A stretch of 64,000 nt of DNA from an uncultured Armatimonadia bacterium (GTDB lineage Bacteria; Armatimonadota; Zipacnadia; Zipacnadales; UBA5352): positions 600 to 64,599 of the forward strand of contig CAZAHB010000003.1 of the NCBI GenBank assembly GCA_964484945.1, in the 5' to 3' direction. A model generated the notes under the pieces. It was not told the origin of the DNA. It worked only from the letters and a program-made list of their open reading frames with translations, and did no database searches. Positions 58,054 to 64,000 of the stretch are shown one piece after another (the stretch's first letter is position 1; the number at the start of each line of letters is the position of its first letter). Made by a program: the position numbers and the translations under genes.

Positions 58054-58524
58054 GTGCGATGCGCGGCGGTGAGAGAAAAACTGACGGAGTATCAGCTCGG
58101 GCTGGTCGATGAAGCCGAGGCCGATCGGGTGCGCGAGCACCTGTCCGGGTGTGAGCAATGCCGCGAGGAGCTGGCGGCACTGGAGCGGCTGGATGAGCTG
58201 GTCGGCCCCGCTGAGGAGCACACCGCTCCCGACGGTATGTGGCACCGGGTGCAGGCGCAGATGAAGCCACGCCGCCGGCGGTGGTGGCAGGCCTGGTGGG
58301 AGAGCCCGAAGCCCGCTCTGGCCATGGCGGCAGCGGTGCTGCTGGCGGTTGGCGGGATCTGGCTTGGGCTGCGTGGTTCGCCGATGGAGCCATCCAGCAG
58401 TGGAGTTCTCGCTACCGACTACCAGGAGCAGCAGATCGCCGCGCAATGGTCGCAGCCACTGGCCGATGACGCGGCACTGGGCGCAATGTACGCAAGCCTC
58501 GAAGAGCCGGGTGAAAGGCAGTAA
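58054..58524 (+). CDS. Anti-sigma factor with a zinc-binding (ZAS-type HxxxCxxC) N-terminal domain and one TM helix
   Basis: HLSGCEQCREE motif. TM segment ALAMAAAVLLAVGGIWLGL. Lies immediately downstream of the ECF sigma gene. Confidence 0.7.
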   Translation: MRCAAVREKLTEYQLGLVDEAEADRVREHLSGCEQCREELAALERLDELVGPAEEHTAPDGMWHRVQAQMKPRRRRWWQAWWESPKPALAMAAAVLLAVGGIWLGLRGSPMEPSSSGVLATDYQEQQIAAQWSQPLADDAALGAMYASLEEPGERQ

Positions 58525-59600
58525 TGCGCGGCTGGCTGAAGATCCTGGGGGCAATTGCAGCGGTGATCGCGGTCCTGTTGGCCGCGTGGCTGGTATTGCG
58601 CCTGACAATCGGCCCCGGCGAGGACGCCGACGTCCTCGTACAGCAGGCCCTCGAAGCGCTCAAAGAGGTCCCCGTGAAGGGGACCGTTGTCACCACGGTG
58701 CGCACGCCTGACGGCAGGCGGGAGGTTCGGGCGAAGATGCACCGCGGTGACGGGCGTTTCATGATGCGGATCCTGAGCGGCGCGCGAGAGGGTGCGATCG
58801 TGGTCCGGCAGGAGGGCACCGTCTGGATGCGCGGACGTGAGGGGAAGTTGACACGCCGCACCGACATCGGGCAGACAGGCATTGAGCCGAAAGTCCTCAG
58901 GAATAACTGGAGCTTCGAGACCGCGGGAACGCGCAGGGTGGCCCGGCGATGGGCGACGTTCATCCGCGGCTACGGGCCCGGCGGCTCGGTGAAGCTTGCG
59001 GTTGACCGGGAGACCAGCTTCCCGCTCTACATTGCCCGCTCAGACAGCCATGGCGATCTGATCAGCGAGACCACGTGGCGTGAGGTGGACTTCTCAGTCG
59101 AGCCCCCGCGGAAGCTCAAGCCTCCCGCTCGGCGCGAAGGGCACAGGCACCGGCGGATGTCTCTCGAAGACGTCCGCGAGGCGGTCGCGTTCACAGTTCA
59201 CGAACCGGGCTGGCTGCCTGACGGGTGGGAGTTGCAGGCGTGGTTCCTCCACGACCGCCCGGTGGCGAAAGTCGTCGAGGCACGGTTCAGCGATGGCCTG
59301 CGGCCCATGGTGATTCTGCAGCGTGAGGAGCCTGACCGGTCGGGAAGACAGCTCGCTGACGAGCAGCGGCGGAAGCAGTGGAAGCGCTGGCGTGACCATC
59401 GGCGGGAGATGCGAAACCGCCGCGACGATCAGCGCCCGATGCCGCGAGAGAGGCACGGGCGAGGCCCCCTGCAGCATCTGCGGGGCGCCGGTGCCGACGC
59501 ATCACGCCGCGAGATCGATGGCACGGTGGTCATCGTGATCGCGCCAGTCAGCGCAGATCAGCGCGAGAAGGTGCTCGATGAGATGAAGCCCCCGGGATGA
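58524..59600 (+). CDS. Membrane-anchored protein cotranscribed with the sigma/anti-sigma pair (DUF4367/LolA-RseB-like region)
   Basis: N-terminal TM helix. AFTVHEPGWLPDGWEL-type segment as in DUF4367 proteins that accompany anti-sigma factors. The family call is tentative. Confidence 0.45.
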   Translation: MRGWLKILGAIAAVIAVLLAAWLVLRLTIGPGEDADVLVQQALEALKEVPVKGTVVTTVRTPDGRREVRAKMHRGDGRFMMRILSGAREGAIVVRQEGTVWMRGREGKLTRRTDIGQTGIEPKVLRNNWSFETAGTRRVARRWATFIRGYGPGGSVKLAVDRETSFPLYIARSDSHGDLISETTWREVDFSVEPPRKLKPPARREGHRHRRMSLEDVREAVAFTVHEPGWLPDGWELQAWFLHDRPVAKVVEARFSDGLRPMVILQREEPDRSGRQLADEQRRKQWKRWRDHRREMRNRRDDQRPMPRERHGRGPLQHLRGAGADASRREIDGTVVIVIAPVSADQREKVLDEMKPPG

Positions 59601-59630
59601 CCTTCCTGACGCAACAGGTACTGTTTCGGG

Positions 59631-60800
59631 TCAGGCTTCATCCGCAGCCGCCGCGGTCAGCCACCTGTGCGCCGCGCGGAGTACGCGACGGCCGATCATC
59701 TGATAGTCTTCGAGTGTCAACAGATCGTCGGTCAGGCGCTGGTAGCTGGTCTCGACGGCGCTGCATGGCGTCTCGTCGAGGTAGTCCCAGCACCAGGTTC
59801 CGACCGTCGAGAGCTTGTTCCACCGGCTGGCGTAGGTCGTCTCGTGGGCGATCTTCGAAGCTGGCAGTTCCGGGAAGCGCTCGCCCAGAGCTGTGGCGAA
59901 CTCCAGCGCAGCCGTGCGCTGCGCTTCCGGCCGCTCGGAGCGCGGCAGTTGAACATAGACGCCCGGCGTGGAGTGCCCCGGCGCGTGCAGGTCGAGAGCG
60001 AGCCGTGGCCCTGTGCGCTCCTTGAAGCGCAACAGGTCGCGCTGGATCGCATGCACCGACGCCCGCATCGGCAGCCGCTCCCACGCGCGATTGTAGTCCC
60101 ACGGCAGGGCGTCCTTCCCGTAATCGCCGTTCACGACCCCGTCAAGGTCCACAAACGGACACACCCATACGTCAAGCGCCTCCCGAATCTCCGGGGCGTC
60201 TTCATCATCTGTCGCCAGGAAGCGCAAAATGCCGTCCAGTACCAGCGATCCGGGCGTCTCACCGGCGTGCTGCCGCGCCATCAGATACAACCCGGGCCGG
60301 GTGCCGCCGCGGTCGCCGCCGAGGCGCAGGCGGTGCAGGGGCCGGCTCTGGTGGGTGACACCGATCGTGCAGCGCTCCCAGGCCTGCCCGGTCTGCTCCA
60401 GTGTGGCATTGAGATCCCCGGGAGCGTACGGAAAGCAGAACGCGGCCGCCACGCTGTCGGTATCCCCGTGGTGCTGGAACCGCAGGCGGCGGCGACCGTC
60501 GGCAGTCTCATCCAGTGTCACCGCCTGAACCCGTCGCCAGGGCCCGCCATCGATCTTCAGCACCGGTCGCAGTTGGTCGATCGCATTCCGATCGCCGAGG
60601 CAGATATCCGGGTTTTCCCACACAAACTCCACGCCAGCGCCGGAAAGCCCGCTCGCCTGGATATGAAACCACAGCGGCTGCGGGCTCGTGCGCGGCTCTG
60701 ACGCGAACGAGACGCGCCAGCCACTTCCCTCGCGGCGCAGGTCAATGATATGTCCGTTTCCGGAAACATCCGCCGGACCGATCGTCGGTTGCTCGTCCAT
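59631..60800 (-). CDS. M14-family metallocarboxypeptidase, cytosolic-carboxypeptidase (AGBL/Nna1-like, M14D) type
   Basis: ARQHAGETPGSLVLDGILRFL matches the CCP signature (ARVHPGE…G-L-FL). The N-terminal beta-sandwich is typical of M14D. Confidence 0.55.
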   Translation of the reverse strand: MDEQPTIGPADVSGNGHIIDLRREGSGWRVSFASEPRTSPQPLWFHIQASGLSGAGVEFVWENPDICLGDRNAIDQLRPVLKIDGGPWRRVQAVTLDETADGRRRLRFQHHGDTDSVAAAFCFPYAPGDLNATLEQTGQAWERCTIGVTHQSRPLHRLRLGGDRGGTRPGLYLMARQHAGETPGSLVLDGILRFLATDDEDAPEIREALDVWVCPFVDLDGVVNGDYGKDALPWDYNRAWERLPMRASVHAIQRDLLRFKERTGPRLALDLHAPGHSTPGVYVQLPRSERPEAQRTAALEFATALGERFPELPASKIAHETTYASRWNKLSTVGTWCWDYLDETPCSAVETSYQRLTDDLLTLEDYQMIGRRVLRAAHRWLTAAAADEA

Positions 60801-60847
60801 GATGCCGCACCCTCGTGTGGCGTATCTGCGAACTTGCTGGTATGCGC

Positions 60848-63800
60848 TCAGCGGTCGGTAATCAGCACAGAATGCACCATCGCCTCCGCACCATCCGGGA
60901 ACGCTACCGTCACGGCATGTTCTCCGGCACCCAGGTGGAGATCATCGGTGATTGTCAGCCACTGCCACGCATCGTCGCTGACAGTCACGCCGGGCTGCGC
61001 GTCCCCGTCAACCGCCGCGGTGAGGACCGTTTCGGCACCATCTGTTGACTTCGCGCGCATCAGCAGGGAATACTCACCGTCGGCAGGTACAGTAAGCGTG
61101 AACGAGGCGCTGCCGACTTCACCGTCCGGACTGGCCAGCACGTCCCATCCGTCCATGATCCCCTCTGGCGCCAGCTTCACACCGCCCGTGACAGACGCCT
61201 CGGTGGACTGCTTCAGCGCCCACACGTATGTGCCCTTGCGCGGCGCATCGGCGGCCACGATCGCGACATCATCGAGGTACATCCGCACGGTTTGCGCGTC
61301 ATGCGAGCGCGTGTTCACAGCGATATAGGCCGCATCGGTCTCATCGGGTACGGTGAACTCGCGCTCGAGAAGCTGCCACTCGCCGAGGCGGGACAGGTCA
61401 TACTTGCCGGTCTCGAAGGATCGGCGTGTGACACCCTTGCTGCGCACAGAGACGCGCGCGTTGGGTGCGGGTGCTTCGCCCTCGAACTCATCGACGCGCA
61501 GCCACAACTGCAGGCGGTACGTCTCTCCCGGTTGAAGTGACATGATCTCCCACGGCGGGCCGCACGAGTAGGTGGTTACGAAATACTCGTTCTGCCCTTC
61601 GATAGTCCCCTCGGCCATCGCCGACGCGTCGCCAGTGTGCGCCACCTCGGTGCTGCGGCTCAGTTCCAGTCCCGAGCGCACCCGCCAGCCGTTCAGGTCC
61701 TGTTCGAAGTCCGGGTTCGGCACGATGCTCGGAAGTCGGCGGCGGGCCGGATCGTGCGCCGCTTCGACCATCTCCGCGTACAGTTCATCGAGCGTCGGCC
61801 CCGGGAACTTCGAGATCTCGTGGATCGCCAGTGGTGCCGCACAGGTCCCATAGGCGATGGTCTTGCCGTGCGATCCACCGACGAAGGCGAGCAGGCCGCG
61901 CACGAAGGTCCTGCGCGCAAGGTCCATCAGCTCCCTGTCATCGGAGTAGTTCGCAGCGAACGCCAGGCCATTCCCCATAATCAGCGGACTGGAGGTGGAG
62001 ACGTTCGTGTGCGGGCAGGCGGTGTAGCGGAAGTTGTCGGCCTCGCGGTCGTAAAGGTTTTCCACGAGCCAGTTGGCCATCTTCACGATCCGCTCGGCGA
62101 CCTCCTCGTCACCGGTGGCCCGGTAGTAGTACTTCAGCGAGGTCATCATGACCCCGGCCATGAAGCCCGCCTCGCCGTAGTGCGGCTCCTCGCAGCGGCA
62201 GTGCCCGCCACGGAGCTTGCGCACCCACAACCCCGCGTCCGGATCGGCCTTCTCCTGCACCTCTTCATAGATCAGGTGCATGGCGTTGAGGTAGTAGGGA
62301 TCGTACGTGGCGAAGTACGACGACATCGCGATGATGCCCATCCATCCGGGCACACGCGCGTTCCCGTAGCCGAAATCAACAGTGTCTGGCCCGGCCAGCC
62401 AGTCACCAAGCTGCATCGCAGAGCGGCGAACCTGCTCATCGCCGGTCAGCAGCCAGTACTCCAGATTGCCCTGGTTCCACATGTGGCCCTCGTTCTCGGC
62501 GTAGCCCTGCGCGTATATCGACATGCCCATGTAGTCGTAGGGGTAGTAGCCGCCTGTGTGGCCCATGCAGTGTACCCACGCCTGGCCGACTCGGCGCTCG
62601 CTGCCCGGACCCGCGTTCTGGCCCGCCGCAAAGTGGACCACATCCACGTCCGCGTTATGGCGCGCGGCGTCCTCGGCCAACTTGTAGCACCTGCGGTCTC
62701 CGGTGCGGAAGTATTGGGTCAGCATTGCGTGCTGCATGTCGTACTCGATGTTGCCCCAGTTGTTCCCGCGTTCGCCCCACCAGTCGCCGAAGTTCATCAG
62801 CCCGTACCATCGCTCGCGCTCGCGGATGTCCAGGTGCCCATCGACAGCGTCGCTGAGGGCCTCGTTGTATGCCTCGAACTCCCGGCCCTCGGTGGCGGCG
62901 ATGCCGTGCAGAGCGCCCGAGTCGATGTACCACTCGGGCGGTGCGGTGACCAGCAGCGGATCGTTGACCCGTGCCAGGACCTGCTCGGGCGACGCCGCTT
63001 CGGCGGGGCCGACGAGCAGTTCGTGACGCTTCTCGAATCCCGAGCGGAATGTGTACTTCCCGTCGCGGATGTAGTAGTACAGGATATGCTCGTCCGGACG
63101 GTCCGCATAGCGGTCCTCGGGCGTGATCTCCGGATAGAGCCCGACCGCGAGGCCGTCATCCTCCACGGACAGCGCCTTCGGCCAGTGCTGCCAGAAGTCG
63201 CGCACCGTCACGGTCAGCCCGCTCGCGGTCGCAAGGCCCGGGGCGCGTTCGCCCTCACCGTCAGGCAACATATACGCGTTGTCCTCATGCTGGAAAAGCC
63301 GCTGGCCGGGCGCGATCTGCGCCTGCGCGTCATCCTCCAGTGCCAGCGTCGCCGAATTTGCGCCGGTGGGGAAGACCAGGTCCAGGGAGTGGAACGACTT
63401 CATCTCATCCCCGTATTCCATGTCGGCGGAGACGATGTCATGCTGAAGAATGTGATCGACGCGCACGAAGGGGTCGCCCGCGTGAAGGAAGTAGCGCAAC
63501 TCGAAGCCGAAGTACGGTTCACCCGCTTCGTTCACGTGATGTCCGCGGGTGAGGATGACGACGCGGTGAGCGCCCGCCTCCTCGACCTCGACGCTCTCGA
63601 CCTTCCCGCCGTAGACCGTCCCATCGTCGGCTATCAGACGTGCGACCGGCAGCGGTGTCAGCGCGCCGTCCGGTCCCTCGATCGATCCTTTGCCGGTCGC
63701 CCGGTCGATGGTCAGACGTGATTGTCCGGTCCACACCTCGATCGTGTCCCCGTCCTCTCGCAGCATCCGGCCGCCTTTGGCCATCAGGGGCCGCACGTCG

Positions 63801-63949
63801 CTCCCGAGCGCGAGCGTCAGCGTCTTCGTCTCGTTCGGCGCCAGCCTCACCGTCCCGCTGACCAGCAGCCACTTGATCGTTCGATCCGGCCAGCGCACGA
63901 GCGGTCGGGTCTGGATCATGATCGGATTGCCGCCGTCCGTAAGCGTCAT
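60848..63949 (-). CDS. Large (at least 1033 aa) putative polysaccharide-degrading enzyme with a C-terminal CBM4/9-like domain. The N-terminus may extend beyond the window.
   Basis: Long ORF with a PcRGLX-like N-terminal pattern (…WPDRTIKWLL…, not verified). Central region rich in Trp/Tyr/His (…GHTGGYYPYDY…) and C-terminal NPDFEQDLNGWRV. No signal peptide is visible at the annotated start, so the true start is probably upstream. Confidence 0.5.
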   Translation of the reverse strand: MTLTDGGNPIMIQTRPLVRWPDRTIKWLLVSGTVRLAPNETKTLTLALGSDVRPLMAKGGRMLREDGDTIEVWTGQSRLTIDRATGKGSIEGPDGALTPLPVARLIADDGTVYGGKVESVEVEEAGAHRVVILTRGHHVNEAGEPYFGFELRYFLHAGDPFVRVDHILQHDIVSADMEYGDEMKSFHSLDLVFPTGANSATLALEDDAQAQIAPGQRLFQHEDNAYMLPDGEGERAPGLATASGLTVTVRDFWQHWPKALSVEDDGLAVGLYPEITPEDRYADRPDEHILYYYIRDGKYTFRSGFEKRHELLVGPAEAASPEQVLARVNDPLLVTAPPEWYIDSGALHGIAATEGREFEAYNEALSDAVDGHLDIRERERWYGLMNFGDWWGERGNNWGNIEYDMQHAMLTQYFRTGDRRCYKLAEDAARHNADVDVVHFAAGQNAGPGSERRVGQAWVHCMGHTGGYYPYDYMGMSIYAQGYAENEGHMWNQGNLEYWLLTGDEQVRRSAMQLGDWLAGPDTVDFGYGNARVPGWMGIIAMSSYFATYDPYYLNAMHLIYEEVQEKADPDAGLWVRKLRGGHCRCEEPHYGEAGFMAGVMMTSLKYYYRATGDEEVAERIVKMANWLVENLYDREADNFRYTACPHTNVSTSSPLIMGNGLAFAANYSDDRELMDLARRTFVRGLLAFVGGSHGKTIAYGTCAAPLAIHEISKFPGPTLDELYAEMVEAAHDPARRRLPSIVPNPDFEQDLNGWRVRSGLELSRSTEVAHTGDASAMAEGTIEGQNEYFVTTYSCGPPWEIMSLQPGETYRLQLWLRVDEFEGEAPAPNARVSVRSKGVTRRSFETGKYDLSRLGEWQLLEREFTVPDETDAAYIAVNTRSHDAQTVRMYLDDVAIVAADAPRKGTYVWALKQSTEASVTGGVKLAPEGIMDGWDVLASPDGEVGSASFTLTVPADGEYSLLMRAKSTDGAETVLTAAVDGDAQPGVTVSDDAWQWLTITDDLHLGAGEHAVTVAFPDGAEAMVHSVLITDR

Positions 63950-64000
63950 GCGATGCCTGCTGCCGAGCGCGCCCTCGGGCAGCGGGACGCCGAATGTGAC

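Noticed and set aside
1-64000. CRISPR arrays, integrases/transposases, toxin-antitoxin pairs, RM or other canonical defence genes
   Set aside because: No direct repeats of 24-40 nt with unique spacers were seen. No ORF shows integrase, transposase, nuclease-toxin or methyltransferase signatures. The only repeats are sub-10-nt microsatellites.

Overview
This is a high-GC (about 65%) bacterial chromosomal segment that is densely coding on both strands. I call about 58 protein-coding genes, one tRNA-Pro(CGG), one cobalamin riboswitch, several rho-independent terminator hairpins and a family of short tandem intergenic repeats. The gene content points to a Planctomycetes/Verrucomicrobia/Armatimonadetes-like lineage: a prepilin-type H-X9-DG protein, many xylose-isomerase-like TIM-barrel genes, DUF4838-like and LamG/GHL10-like secreted glycosidase-like proteins, and numerous signal-peptide proteins. 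Housekeeping genes include lepB (partial), rnhB, gatCA, nfo, hpf, pcm, folE2, korAB, an ArgE/DapE-type peptidase, a ClC channel and larC. The most notable items are: (i) a cobalamin riboswitch ahead of a btuF/btuD/btuC-like ABC uptake operon; (ii) a minus-strand operon pairing a ClpX-zinc-finger::class II aldolase fusion with an 836-aa MDR::SDR fused dehydrogenase; (iii) a translationally coupled operon (overlapping start/stop codons) of a URO-D-like protein, a PEP-utilizing enzyme, a PNPOx-like protein and a secreted transglutaminase-like/FN3 protein; (iv) a recurring family of heptamer/hexamer tandem repeats with adjacent hairpins at gene ends; (v) a lower-GC insert with an ankyrin-repeat lipoprotein next to tRNA-Pro; and (vi) two tandem DUF4838-like/CBM paralogs that share a C-x-C-x-x-C motif with a third putative glycosidase. 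I found no CRISPR array, integrase, transposase or rRNA. Feature starts follow the ORF track, adjusted where an internal start with an RBS or signal peptide is more plausible.
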